From: Octopus sinensis
Taxonomy: Eukaryota
Assembly (NCBI RefSeq): GCF_006345805.1
Contig: NC_043005.1
Coordinates: 86,676,001-86,740,000, forward strand
Direction of reading: 5' to 3'
DNA length: 64,000 nucleotides
Program-made: the position numbers and the translations under genes
Shown: piece after piece, positions 25,945-39,243 of the stretch
Layout: each line of letters starts with the position of its first letter
Numbering within the stretch: the stretch's first letter is position 1
Notes under the pieces: model-generated
Told to the model about the DNA's origin: nothing
The model's input: the letters and a program-made list of their open reading frames with translations, nothing else
Databases searched by the model: none

Positions 25945-26201
25945 TTATCGCTTCCCGTTTAGTTGTTTCAGTCATTATACAGCGGCCATTTGGGGCACCA
26001 TTTTGAAGAGTTTTGATCGAACGAATCGACTCCTGTACTTACTTTTGGTTTTAAACCTGGTATTTATTTTATAGCGGTTTCTCTTGCCGAACCGCTAACT
26101 TACGAGAACGTAAACACACCAAAACCGGTATCAAGCGCTGTGGAAGACAAATATAGACATAAATACACGCACACATATATACATACATATATGCATACAT
26201 G

Positions 26202-26287
<86 letters not shown>

Positions 26288-26296
26288 CATACATTC

Positions 26297-26372
<76 letters not shown>

Positions 26373-26480
26373 GTCTGGCTTCTTTTAGTTTCAATCTATC
26401 AAATCCACTCACATGACATATAGTAGAAAACACTTGCCCAAGGTGCCACGCAGTAAGACTGAACCCAGAACCATGCAGCT
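25945..26480 (-). mobile_element. SINE-A with long internal (TA)n
   Basis: gcggccatttggggcacc...gccgaaccgctaa...aaatccactcac...cttgcccaaggtgccacgcag. Confidence 0.8.
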
Positions 26481-26699
26481 TACGTTAATATTGTCCATGG
26501 TACTAATGAGGCAATAATGATGGCTGCCATGATGATGAAAATAATAGAGATCATGACCTTCCTCATAATGCCTTTTAAGATACTTTTCGTAATATTCTTG
26601 AAGCAGGTCAGAGTCAATTATTCTTTAGATTTCTCGATAATATTTATTAAATTCCTTATTGGTATTTTGTATTTATTTAATATTTATGTCTTGTAGAAT

Positions 26700-27150
26700 T
26701 TTCTACATAAGACTTTTGGTAAGAGAAATTGAGAGATGAGAATTCTGCACATTTAAGAGAAGAATCATTCGAATATGCTTTAGGGAAATATAAAAAGAGA
26801 CAGAAGATGAGAGAGAATAGTTTTTCGATATCATTATTCATAAATGAATGTCACACTCTTACGCAAGTGGCAATTTATATGATAAATCACGTTCTGAAAA
26901 AGAAACCTTGCCAAGGAGAAACAATTACAGTTTAAAAGAGAAACTATATTATCATCAGGTGCTAACTATTGAAATGGAATATCTGACAAGTTAGATATTC
27001 CCTGGTTGCCAGCGCATAAAATATTCTTGCTATTATCTTAATAATAAGTGGTCAAATAATATTTGGTTTTTAACAATAGATGCAAGCTAATTATAAGGCA
27101 AAGAAATTATCATTTGCATAATGAATAGCAAGGAAGGAAAATAATGTAGT
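26700..27150 (+). pseudogene. hAT (Charlie/Buster-like) transposase remnant
   Basis: ORF 26729-26935 SAHLREESFEY...AIYMINHVLKKKPCQGETI resembles the hAT motif ASY..S..IAK.KKPHTIGETLI; degraded. Confidence 0.4.
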
Positions 27151-28065
27151 AAGATATAATATTTCATGATATTTACATGTACAAAATGACCAACTTTAAA
27201 TCACGTTACTTCTTTGCTTTTAACTTTGATATAAGTTAAAGAGTGAGGGTGCAGTGCCCATGGCTTTTGAAAAGAATTTAAATCTAATAGAACCATTGTC
27301 TACTATACGACGCTGAGAAAGGGAAAGGCACAATGGGGAAGCGATTAAAAGTAGAGGATACAGTTTCATAAATGAGAGAGTGAAGAGACCTTAAAGTGTG
27401 ATTAAAGGTGGATAGACGGGGTGAGTCGACTGTATATAAAACTATATATTTTTATTGAAGTTTGTCTAAGTATGAAATGAAAATAGACGCAGAGGGACTT
27501 TGCCAAGCAGTGAAAATGTGTTCTTTTGGAGATTGTGTGTGACATCTGTGGGTTTAGAAAAGAAACGCTCTGCCATATACCTTAACTGTAACTCAATGTT
27601 GCTAATATGTTAAAAGCTATCTGGCTCTTAATACCACTATAATGTAGTTAATACTGATTCTGCAATCCTATTATGGAAGTAATTGCTGTATTGAAATATT
27701 CGTTCGTGAACAATGATATTAACCACCACCTTAAGTTCGATAGAAAATTAATCTCTATGAATTAAATAATAAATTTCATCAGTTTCATATCCATTCTTCT
27801 TTATGCCGCCTCCACACGTAGGCAACGTTCAAGACATTTCCATTTCACTTCAAGCAGTTGTGAATATAGGAACTACTTGATTCTTAAGTGATACAATCCC
27901 TCTTTATTTCCAGATTTTATCGGTCATGCCATATGACATGCTCACGGAATACATTCCTTTACGGCAGACACAGGTTTGTTTTTTTTCCCAAAGAAAATCT
28001 TTGATTATATTGCTATTAAATATTGATATAGGCCGTTGAATGTATATCACCAGAAATTATTTTTC

Positions 28066-28265
28066 TAATTTAGGCAGAAGGCCCAAAATTTTGGGGAGGG
28101 GTCCAGTCGATTAGATCGATCCCAGTGCGCAACTAGTACTTAATTTGTCTACCCCGAAAAGATGAAAGGCAAAGTCGACCTCGGCGGAATTTGAACTCAG
28201 AACGCAAAGACACGAAATACCGCATATCGTCCGGTGTGCTAAAGTTTCTGCCAGTTCGCCGCTTA
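28066..28265 (-). mobile_element. SINE-B monomer
   Basis: Tail aggcccaaaattttggggagggg, body and head gccagttcgccgc. Confidence 0.85.
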
Positions 28266-28613
28266 GTGTCACCAAGAATATAGTTGTTGAATCTGGTTAA
28301 GACATCACTTCAACACCCTCACTGCTCGAGTCTGAATCACTTCCATCAAGTGTTCTACGCTGAGTGATAAACTTGTTAGTCTTCGAGTCCTTTTTTCTTA
28401 TCATTTAAACACGTGTGGTCCAGTGTGAATTTTCAGATAGCTAACAATCATTTAGTTAACTGACGCAGCCAATTGAGGGTTTCTGGTCTGTACCATTCCA
28501 TTGGTTAACTAATTTTCCGTAGAAGCAGCATTTTCACGCATCTTCAACTGAATCTTGCTGATTCTCTTAGACATGTCAATATCAGTTGTTTCTCCAATTT
28601 TGTTATTTGCATT

Positions 28614-28666
<53 letters not shown>

Positions 28667-28677
28667 ATATATATATA

Positions 28678-28708
<31 letters not shown>

Positions 28709-28896
28709 TATATATATGTATATACATATACATATATATCACCCGTTTAATACAATAAATGAGTTAATTGCATTGCAATTAAAAATATTTATGTATTAAG
28801 AATCTGGGTCCTTTACCCAGAGAGTATTGGATAAATATTATCACTTAGTGGGTTACACCCATAACCCCTAACTTACATTGTGTTATATATATATAT

Positions 28897-30542
28897 TTAT
28901 CTAGTTTCAGCTCACAAGCTGTGGCCATGCTGGGGCACCGCCATTTGGTGTTGCTACATGATTTTCACGAATGCTTTTTAGCAATTGCCATTTGGTGCAT
29001 GAGAGAGTTCGATGCAGCTGCCCTCATCTGCACCTCCTGCCGTGAAGTTGGTTCGTCTGGGACACCTGAAAAGAAGAGATCCAGTTTTATTTTAAAGACA
29101 TCTGCATCCACCCCATGCAGGTCTCTTAGGTTCTTCGGGAGGATATTGAAGAGCTGTGGGCCTCGGAAGCCCAGACTATCACAATATCTTGTCCTACATC
29201 TTGATGGCAAATTTGGAGTCCTTGGCACTGTGCAGTGGCGCCCAGTTCTGGCATTTGTGTAACTCTCGATGCCAAAGTTTGGGACAAGTCCTTCTAGGAT
29301 CTTCCAGATTTATATTATGGCATATCTTTCTCGCCTACGCTCTAAGGAATAGAGTCTCAATCACTTGAGTTTTTCCCAATAGCTTATATGCTGCACAGAG
29401 GCTATCTTCGTGTAGCTTCGTTGGATCACCTCAAGTTCTGTGATTAACTTGACACTGGATGGTGACCATAGCTGAGAGCAATAGTCAAAGTGGCTTAGGA
29501 CAAGTGTCCTCCAGAGGACCATCATGGTTTCCTAGTCTCTAAAGGTTCTAAGAATCCATCCGGTCAGCCGCCTACATTTTATTGCCAATTTAGCAACATG
29601 CACATGGAAGGTTGCATCGTCACTCATGTAAATACCCAGGTCTCGCACTGATTGTGCTTCTGGGATTGCAATCCCTCCAGGTCCAGTGTATTCATTGGGT
29701 ATTGACTTTAGTTTTGCATGCTGATAGCATAAAGCTTGAAACTTTTCAGCATTGAACTGCATGCTATTCTTTTCAGCCCACTTGTATATTTTGTCCAGCT
29801 CACATTGCATGTGCTTAGTGTCTTCAGGGTTCTGTACTGCCTGTGAAACGTTTGTATCATCTGCATAACTAGTGATCGTGGCTCTCTGCGTGGCTGAAGG
29901 CATGTCTGAGAGGGCCATTATGAACCGTAGTGGTCCCAAACACTGCCTTGCGGAACACCGCTCACTAGTTGCGTGTTAATGGAAGTAATTGTCTACTACC
30001 ACCTGACTTCTATCCTTCAGAAAGTTATGAAGCCATTCTTCCAATTTTCCAACTATGCCAATATCACGCAGTTTGTAACATATCATTCCGTGGTCGACTT
30101 TATCAAAGGCCTTTGCAAAGTCGAGATATATGACTTCCACATTTGAGTGGTTGAGCAGTCGTTTCAGCACCCAGTTATAGTGTTGTAGGAGCTGAGTTAA
30201 GCAGCTTCTTCCTGGTCGGAAACCATGTTGGGTGTCAGGCAGCAAGTCATTTTCTTCAAGCAAGGTGATTAGTTTCCTTTTGACTATTCGTTCCATGACC
30301 TTGCTGATGTGTGAGGTCAGAGAGATAGGTCTGTAGTTCTTGGCCTCCGCTCTGCTACCTCCTTTATGAATAGGGAATATTTTACCTTCCTTCAGTTTTT
30401 CTTGGGAGTTTACCAGTTGCAAAGAAGCTCTGAAAGAGGAACTGCAGTGGTCTTGTTAGGACTCTCTTACATACTTTTAGAAGGATTGCTGGGAATCCAT
30501 CGGGACCAGTAGCTGAGTTTGTTTTCATTTCATCAATAGCTT
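28897..30542 (-). mobile_element. CR1/jockey-group LINE, 5'-truncated, RT domain to 3' end, with frameshifts
   Basis: PIHKGGSRAEAKNYRPISLTSHISKVMER, QHGFRPGRSCLTQLL, YLDFAKAFDKVDH, GVPQGS(V)LGP, SYADDT, RDLGI, FNILPKNLRDL...FKIKLD.F..VPDEP. Confidence 0.92.
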
Positions 30543-30544
30543 AT

Positions 30545-30740
30545 ATATATATAATATATATATATACACAACAGGCTTCTTTCAGATTTCGTCTACTGAA
30601 TCCACTCGCAAGGCTTTGGTCGGTGCAAGACTAGAAGACATTTGCCAAAGATGTGACGCAGTGGGAGTGAACCCGGGAGCGTGTGGTTGGGAAGCAATAT
30701 TCTTATCACAGCCACACCTGCAACTGCTGTTTTCATACTG
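30545..30740 (-). mobile_element. SINE-A 5' half
   Basis: ggcttctttcag.tttcgtctac..aatccactc.caaggctttggtcgg...acagccacacctg. Confidence 0.75.
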
Positions 30741-30898
30741 TGTGTGTGTGCAGGTGTGTGTGAGTCTATGTGCGTGCATGTGTTTGCATGTGTGTATTTG
30801 CATATGTGTGCGAGTGTGTTTGTGTGTGGATGTGGATGTGTGTGTACGTGTGTACGTGTGTATTTGTGTGTGTACACGTGCGTCTGTGTAACAAGTGA

Positions 30899-31107
30899 GA
30901 TATATTAGTATATTACTAGTATTTCTGGTTTAGAGATCTGTGCAATCAGAAAACAAATCGAACGTTATTGGTGCGGAATTACATTATAAGGAGATGGAAA
31001 TAATTCCTGCATAGAACTTGACCCAGGGCTACTGAAGCTATGCAGCTATAGGTTTCACTAACAGTCCGTGTAATTAATCAAAAATCACTAATTGATAGGA
31101 TTTTCGT
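30899..31107 (+). repeat. Unclassified ~220 bp dispersed repeat, copy 2
   Basis: Aligns by eye with 6968-7190. Confidence 0.8.
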
Positions 31108-31548
31108 GTGTGTGTCAGTCTGTGCGTGTGTATTTGTGCGTGTGTATGTGTGCGTGCGTGTGTGTATCTAGAACAATATGGCTGCTTAAAAGATTGGTTT
31201 AGTTTAGTCAGTGCTATCCTTTCAAAATCATTAACGATAATGTCTGGAAGAACCGTAAAATTTTTGCACCGTCAAAAACCAGTCATGAATGTGGAGTGGT
31301 GTCCTGAGAAAAGGTGAGTTAAGAAAGAGCTGTCCCTGTTGTTAACTAATAAGCCAAACCGTGATTAGTGTTGACCTATTTCAATATGTTATTTTTTTTT
31401 CTTTCTGTGAGTATTTGTCCATGAGATGCGTCTACATCCGAGAAGATTGTTATCACCCTGTAAAGAAGAAACAGAATTGAAACCCATCGTGCGTTATATA
31501 AAACGAAACCAATGAGACGACAAAGGCAGGGGTCTTTTATAGTCACCA

Positions 31549-31855
31549 GTACTACTACTAATACTACGGCTGCTGCTGCTCCTGCCACTACCACGGGCAA
31601 TGCAGCCGCCTCCATCGTCGCTGTTAATGATATAGCTAAAAATATTACATAAGTTTACCCACTCCTCCTCATACTACTACTACTACTACTACTGCTACTA
31701 CTGCTGCTGCTACCACTACTACCTCCACAACTACCAATACTACTACTGTTGCTACCACTACTACTACGACTATTACAACCACTGCTACTACTACTTCAAC
31801 CATTACTACTGATACGACTGCTATTACTACTGGTGCTACTACTACTACGGATACA

Positions 31856-31905
<50 letters not shown>

Positions 31906-32250
31906 AGCTACTACCGCTACTACTACTACTGCTGTGGCTACTGCTGCTGCTACCACTATTACAACCACTACTACTTCAACCATTACTACTACTATAACTA
32001 CTAATACAACTGCTGCTACTACTACTACTAGGACTACGACTACAACTACTGCTGCTGCCGCTACTACCACTACTACTACTACTGCTGCTGCTGCTACTGT
32101 TGCTGCTACTGCTGCTGCTACTGCTGCTGCTACTACTAGTACTACTATTACTACTCTTACTACTACGACTACAACTACTAAAGTTGCTGCTGTTTCTACT
32201 TTTGGTGCTACTGTTGATGATAGTGATGCTGCAACTTCTGCCGCTGATGC
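31549..32250. repeat. Compound (TAC)n/(TGC)n trinucleotide mosaic
   Basis: Directly visible; gives the poly-T/A, poly-V and poly-L ORFs. Confidence 0.95.
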
Positions 32251-32448
32251 TGCCCCCCCCCCATGTGACATTAAAATCATTTTCTGCCTTCTTTGTCAGT
32301 AATATATCATTTCTCTTTCATTTCCAAAACATATTTCATGATGTCTAATTAGTATTCTGTAAAACAAAAATATGGAAACAATACACAAACTGAATCTGCA
32401 TACGATCGTTAATCAAATTCACTAATTCATACATACATACATGGAATA

Positions 32449-32471
32449 CATATATATATATATATATATAT

Positions 32472-32550
<79 letters not shown>

Positions 32551-32745
32551 TAATACATACATAAAACATACAAATCTGCACATATAGGGCTGTGTGGTAA
32601 GTAGCTTGCTTACCAACCACATGGTTCCGGGTTCAGTCCCACTGCGTGGCACCTTGGCAAGTGTCTTCTACTATAGCCTCGAGTCGACCAAAGCCTTGTG
32701 AGTGGTATTTGGTAGACGGAAACTGAAAGAAACCCGTCGTATATA

Positions 32746-32842
<97 letters not shown>

Positions 32843-33032
32843 TAATACATACATAAAACATACAAATCTGCACATATAGGGCTGTGTGGTAAGTAGCTTG
32901 CTTACCAACCACATGGTTCCGGGTTCAGTCCCACTGCGTGGCACCTTGGGCAAGTGTCTTCTACTATAGCCTCGAGTCGACCAAAGCCTTGTGAGTGGTA
33001 TTTGGTAGACGGAAACTGAAAGAAACCCGTCG

Positions 33033-33033
<1 letters not shown>
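32449..33033 (+). repeat. Direct tandem duplication (~292 bp period) of (TA)n(GATA)n, flank and SINE-A head
   Basis: 32551-32740 and 32843-33033 are identical except one G indel (accttggcaag vs accttgggcaag). Confidence 0.9.
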
Positions 33034-33110
<77 letters not shown>

Positions 33111-33325
33111 TGTGTGTATTTGTGTGTCTGTGTTTGTCCCCACAACACCGATTGACAACCGATGCTGGTGTATTTACCTTCCCGTAACTTAGCGGTTCGG
33201 CAAAAGAGAGCGATAGAATAATTACTAGGCTTACAAAGAATAAGTTGATTTGTTCGATTAAAGGCGATGCTCCAGCATGCCCACAGTCAAATGACTGAAA
33301 CAAATAATAGAGAAAGAGTAAAGAT
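32875..33325 (+). mobile_element. SINE-A, near full length
   Basis: Head, internal (TA)n(TG)n, and 3' ggcgatgctccagcatgcccacagtcaaatgactgaaac. Confidence 0.88.
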
Positions 33326-34094
33326 TAATGACATACCAAGATTTTGACTCTTAGATCTCTGGCAAAATCATTCTTGTAACGTTTTAACTCCTTTCTTAAA
33401 CTATAATTTTAAATATTTATATATGTGAAAATGGCTTACAAACATTTTGGTTAAATCCTTGTATTCACTCTCCAAGAAAGCAAAGTGATATGCAATAAAT
33501 TATCTTCGAAGCATTTACCATATTAGACTTACAATGAAACAATTCATCCATGCTCTAACATTCACTATGAAACATATATATAAAAACAAGCAAAACGACA
33601 CCTTTCCTTGATATTTAGATGTTACACATTTTTTGTTCAGCAATCCAATGCAACTTTTAGTGATGTTGCCAATCTTGTAATCTTATTCAGAAATTGCTAG
33701 TCAGGAATTTTGAATGAGACTGCATCTTAATCTCTTTCGAATTTGGTTAGAATACAGGACGGTTAGATTCTGTAGCATATCAATGAATGTATTAGAGAAT
33801 TATGTAAGATTATTTACCTAAGTATTGGTGATCCACCACCATTAATCTTTCCATTTGCTTGTAACTAGATTACGCGTTGAATTCTTTTAAACAGAAGTGA
33901 GAATTTTATGCACTGGAATATATTATTGTCTGAACCGATATTGTTGAATACTTACGCTTTGTTCTAAGAAAAAAAACATGTCTTTCATACGTTGTTTTAT
34001 CATAAACTTATGTATGTGTGTGTGTGTGATTGTATATCTATCTATCGATCTATCTAACTATCTATCTATCTATCTATCTTTCTATCTAACAATA

Positions 34095-34245
<151 letters not shown>

Positions 34246-34597
34246 TTATATGCATATATATATATATACAAACACTGATATACATAACTTTGTATATATA
34301 TATATATATATGTGGTTATATTCTTATACATGTCTATGCGTGTAAGCATATATATAATATGTATATGTGTGTGTATCGTTGTGTTTGTATGTCCCCATCA
34401 CCGCTTCATAGGTAGGGTGGGTTTGTTTACGCCCCTTGACTTTGTGAAAAAATAGTAGTGGCGACAGTCCATTCGAATAAAAATCTTCAATACGATGAAC
34501 CAATATGGCCGCACTCTGAAATAAATAAGTGACACAGAATGAATGATATGTGTGCGTGTGTGTACAAATATATATATATATAATATATATATATATA

Positions 34598-34643
<46 letters not shown>

Positions 34644-34761
34644 TATATAAATAAGTATAAGATCGTTAATTTTAAAATAGAATAACGATTATATGAAGTG
34701 GTCAGCATGGGAAAAAAACCTTCAAAGGTAATAATTATTAAAATTATATACATATACATAC

Positions 34762-34817
<56 letters not shown>

Positions 34818-35139
34818 ACACACTTTTATTCCCCCCCTTACTTTTCCCTTTTTCTTTTTCTCACTCCCCTTCTCTCTCTCATATGTCTTGGCCCTCTCTT
34901 TTTTGGGCTCCCACTACTTGTCACTCGTTTTCATCTCCCCTGTACCTTTCTCCTTGTCTGTTTTTTTTATAATCCTTCCATCCCGCTGACCTCTACCCAT
35001 CTCTCCTCCTTCCACGTGACCGGTGTCTGGCCAGCCATGATCTTTCTTTCTTGGACTGACTGCCGACCCTCAACACCTCTGGTGTCCATCTCCCATGTTC
35101 TTGCCTTTAGTTTTTTCACTTCATACACGCCAGCCCAGT

Positions 35140-35450
35140 TTCATTCTTTGTAAGCCTAGTACTTATTCAATCAGTCTCTTTTGCCCAAACGCTAAGTTAC
35201 GGGGATGTAAACACACCAGGATCGGTTTTCAAGCGATGTTGGAGGGACAGGCACAGACACACACATATACACACACATACACATACCTATATACATATAT
35301 ACGACGGGCTTTCAGTTTCCGTCTACCCAAATCCACTCACAAGACCCGAGGCTATAGTAGAAGAGACTTGCTCAAAGTGCGTTGCAGTGAGACTGAACCC
35401 GGAACCATGTGCTGGTTAAGCAAGCTACTTACCACACGGACACTCCAGCG
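35140..35450 (-). mobile_element. SINE-A (3'-truncated)
   Basis: aagcctagtacttattc...acgacgggct...gactgaacccggaaccatgtg...gctacttaccacac. Confidence 0.8.
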
Positions 35451-35475
35451 CATATATATATATATATTTATATGC

Positions 35476-35510
<35 letters not shown>

Positions 35511-35774
35511 ATAATATATATATATATATATAATATATATATAATATATATAATATATATATATGATAGATATATATCGAGGTACATATTATGCACGGGG
35601 ATTACCTTATTATCTCTCAGTTAGGTTGCCGTTAACGGCTAACGAATACAGTCAGTATCTAATATCTAATGTCTGTGTCTACATTTAGTTTTTAGTCACT
35701 CCATCAATTCTTCCGATTTTTTTATTTCGATGTCATCTTCATTGGACGGCATAATTTGTCTTGACTGTATATTG

Positions 35775-35819
<45 letters not shown>

Positions 35820-36289
35820 TAATAATAATAATAATAATAATAATAAAGAGTATGGAGACTTGTACATCCACAGAATTGATTTAATCATTATATACACCGT
35901 ATTATAATGTCCAATGCATGTTTCTGCTGCAGCAACTAATTACTGTTGCAAGTGCAACCTTGCACTAATATCGGTGCAGATTCACCAAGCAACACCTACC
36001 GACAACATTACAAAATTGCATTAGCAGCCAGTGAGTAACTGCTGCAACGGAAACTCATTTAGACCATTATAATATATGATGTATATTAACGATAAAATCA
36101 ATTTTGTGGACGTACAAGTTTTTATTCTCTTTATTAATAAAAACGAGAATACTTATATATATTCACTCACAAAATTGTGGTCAGCCCGAGTCTATACTAG
36201 AAGACACTAGCCCAAGATGCCACGCATTGGGACTGAACGCGGAACCATATGGTTTGGGATGCAAGATTCTTAACACACAGCTATATATA

Positions 36290-36615
36290 TAAAATTAGAA
36301 AAAAACACCTTTTATCAATTCAAAATGAACAATTAAATGACACCATCTAGAAAATTACATATAATAGAAATATTAAAATTAAAATAACAATAAAATATCA
36401 ATGATTAAGTAAATTGCAACAAAAAATAAAAACATATATAATTGTTATTCTACCAATTATAAACGTTTTTACTATTTCTTAATTTTTTTTTTTTGGCAAT
36501 TTACTTAATCATTGTTTTTTTGTGTTATTCTAATTTTTATATTTCTATTATATGTAATTTTCTAGATGGTGTAATTTAATTTAATTGTTCATTTTGAATT
36601 GATAAAATGTGTTTT

Positions 36616-36620
<5 letters not shown>
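36290..36620. mobile_element. Foldback element in (TA)n, copy 2
   Basis: The arms ttttatcaattcaaaatgaacaattaaa...atgattaagtaaattgc and gcaatttacttaatcat...ttttgaattgataaaa are mutual reverse complements; homologous to 3136-3430. Confidence 0.75.
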
Positions 36621-36646
<26 letters not shown>

Positions 36647-36904
36647 GCGGTAGCGGAGAGATACGTCGCTGCTATTTCTCTCCAGCGAGTGCTCATCAGC
36701 AATAAGACCAAGGAGGATTGAAGTAACGTAAACTGGTGGTCTCAGTGCTGCAGATCGCGGGGAATTAGCTCTTCCCTACTAATATAAACAAACGTGTATT
36801 CTGTACCAAAAATGACTATACAAGATCTTTCTCACGTGGTATCTACCGCAGTAAAGATTCTTCTTACAGAACTTCAAAGTGTTTAGTGGGAATAAATACT
36901 CTTT

Positions 36905-37110
36905 TCTAACCCAGGTACAAGGCCCAAAATTTTTGGGGAAGAGGCCAGTCAATTAGATCGAACCCAGTACGTAAATGGTACTTAATTTTCGAGCCCGAGA
37001 AGATGAATAGCAAAGTCGACCTCGACGGAATTTGAACTCAGAACGCAAAGATGGACAAAATACCGCTAAACATTTCGTCCATCATTCTAACGTTTCTGCC
37101 AGCTTGCCGC
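36905..37110 (-). mobile_element. SINE-B monomer
   Basis: Same tail, body and head as other SINE-B copies. Confidence 0.8.
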
Positions 37111-37134
37111 ATCTCTTTCCTTCTCTCTCTCACT

Positions 37135-37204
<70 letters not shown>

Positions 37205-37213
<9 letters not shown>

Positions 37214-37620
37214 CATATTCTTCGGTCCGCTGATGCGTTTAAGCTTCACATCAGGCAGTCAGTGATCACCAGTTATCTCCGTCTCTGGCCAACCGGTATG
37301 CTTCTTCTATGCCCATCCACTTTTCCTCTTACCTTCCAGTGGCATCTACCCTATGACTATTTTGGCAAGCCTCTCACCGGGTAGTCTTAGTATGCGTCCA
37401 GCCATTCTCATTCATCGCTCAGTTACAATTGCAGGCAGGGGCCTTACTCTTGCTGCTTGGAGAATGGTTTCATTTGTCACTCGATAAGTAAATCTTATGA
37501 TCCTTCGGGGGCACAGCTGATGAAATACGTTGAGTTGGGAGGCGATCTTTGGTGTCATCTTCCAAGTCATAGCTGCAGAGAACCCTGTTGACGGTATTGT
37601 TGCGTAATGCGTTAGGGATT
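37205..37620 (-). mobile_element. RTE-clade LINE 3' fragment
   Basis: Minus frame reads TWKMTPKIASQLNVFHQLCPRRII...VTNETILQAARVRPL..IVTER*MRMAGRILRL...MPLEGKRK, a typical RTE C-terminus; ends at (GA)n. Confidence 0.75.
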
Positions 37621-37840
37621 TGATAAAATAAAATGCAGGCCAATTTCTAAGGGTTATGGTATCGACTATTTCCTTCCTTCAAACTCGCCTGTCTTTTGCC
37701 TGAACCAGAAACATATGCTATGACTAGTATTTGGAATAGTATAGGAGGAGGTGTGTTCTGGTGGAGTGTAGTAGTAGCTGTTTGTTGATGCTGTTTATAT
37801 AAATGGTGTGCTATTGTATATGCATGCATGTGTGTGAGCG

Positions 37841-37875
<35 letters not shown>

Positions 37876-37894
37876 TTGCATGTATTAGCTTGTG

Positions 37895-38225
37895 TGAACG
37901 CGAGTGGCACAGTGATTGTGGTATTCCGCTCACGGTCGTAAGATTGTGAGCTCGATTCTTGGCGGCGGGTGTTGTCATTGAGCAAGATACTTTATTTCAC
38001 GTTGTTGCAATTCACTCGACTATCAAAAATGAGTTGTACCTGTATTTCAAAAGGCCGGCTTTGTAACACTGCGTGTCGGGTAGTATCTCCGTGAGAACTA
38101 CTTCAAGGGTACGTGTGTCTATCGAGTGGTCAAACACTTGCACGTTAATCTAAAGAGCAGGCTGTTCCGCTGATCGGATCAACTGAAACAATATACGTCG
38201 CAAATGACGGAGATCCAGTTTTATT
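37895..38225 (+). mobile_element. Third tRNA-headed SINE family (SINE-C), degraded
   Basis: tggcacagtg (box A), gagctcgattc (box B), then tgagcaagatactttatttcacgttg. A related head lies at ~47975-48110. Confidence 0.55.
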
Positions 38226-38653
38226 AGCTTGTGTGTGAATTTGTCACTTGACAATTGATAATTTTCTCCTGATAATTGCTCTTCGATTAATACGGTGGAT
38301 TTGTCGCAAATCCGCGCAAATTAAATCTGTATTAATTTCAACAGATATGTAAATAACGGTATTATTAAATACCGAAACTGCATTAACAAAGTTTCAACAA
38401 TTAAGTCACTGACATGCAAAGATAAAAAAGAGGATTATCGATTAATGACGTAATGATTGATTCATCTCCGTTGTTTCATAAGGTTTCAACATTTGCATCT
38501 TTTCTTGCTACCCTAACTGGACTCCGGCGATGCTGGGGTACCGTTTCCAAAGAGATTTGTCGAACAAATTGACCCCGATATTTGTGAAGGCTGGTACTTA
38601 TGTTACCACGTACACACACACACACACACGCACGCACACACACACACACACAC

Positions 38654-38715
<62 letters not shown>

Positions 38716-39019
38716 CAGACATACGGAATTAAGCGATATATATGTGCATATATATATATACAAATTTATTCATCCGGTTCTCATTGAGCCTTTTACATAT
38801 ATGTGTATGTGTGTGAGTGTTTGTGTGTGTGTACGTATGTATATTTACTTTAATTACTTTACTCCCGCCTCTTAACCCTCCCCATTTTTCGTTTATATTA
38901 AGGATAATGAAGTCCTTAAATTTTTTCTAGCACCTTAAGTGATGTCAAGCAACATATCTTTATTTGTACCAACGAAACAAATCAAGCTAAATTTACTTTG
39001 TCACAGACTTCTACATACT

Positions 39020-39150
<131 letters not shown>

Positions 39151-39190
39151 GTAGGTCTGTATATATGCGTATGTATATATGCATATATGT

Positions 39191-39243
<53 letters not shown>

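Noticed and set aside
31214-31320. Strong plus-strand donor aaaag|gtgagt, and acceptor-like sites at ~48675 and ~56470
   Set aside because: No convincing reading frame or homology; isolated splice-like sites are common.
31669-32348. Poly-T/A (mucin-like) and poly-V ORFs
   Set aside because: Trinucleotide mosaic open in several frames; no splice or homology support.
36670-36715. CTGATGA on minus, plus other lone CTGAnGA hits (~23700, ~42476, ~50724, ~56359, ~61811)
   Set aside because: No correctly spaced GAAA/NUH with flanking stems; expected by chance.
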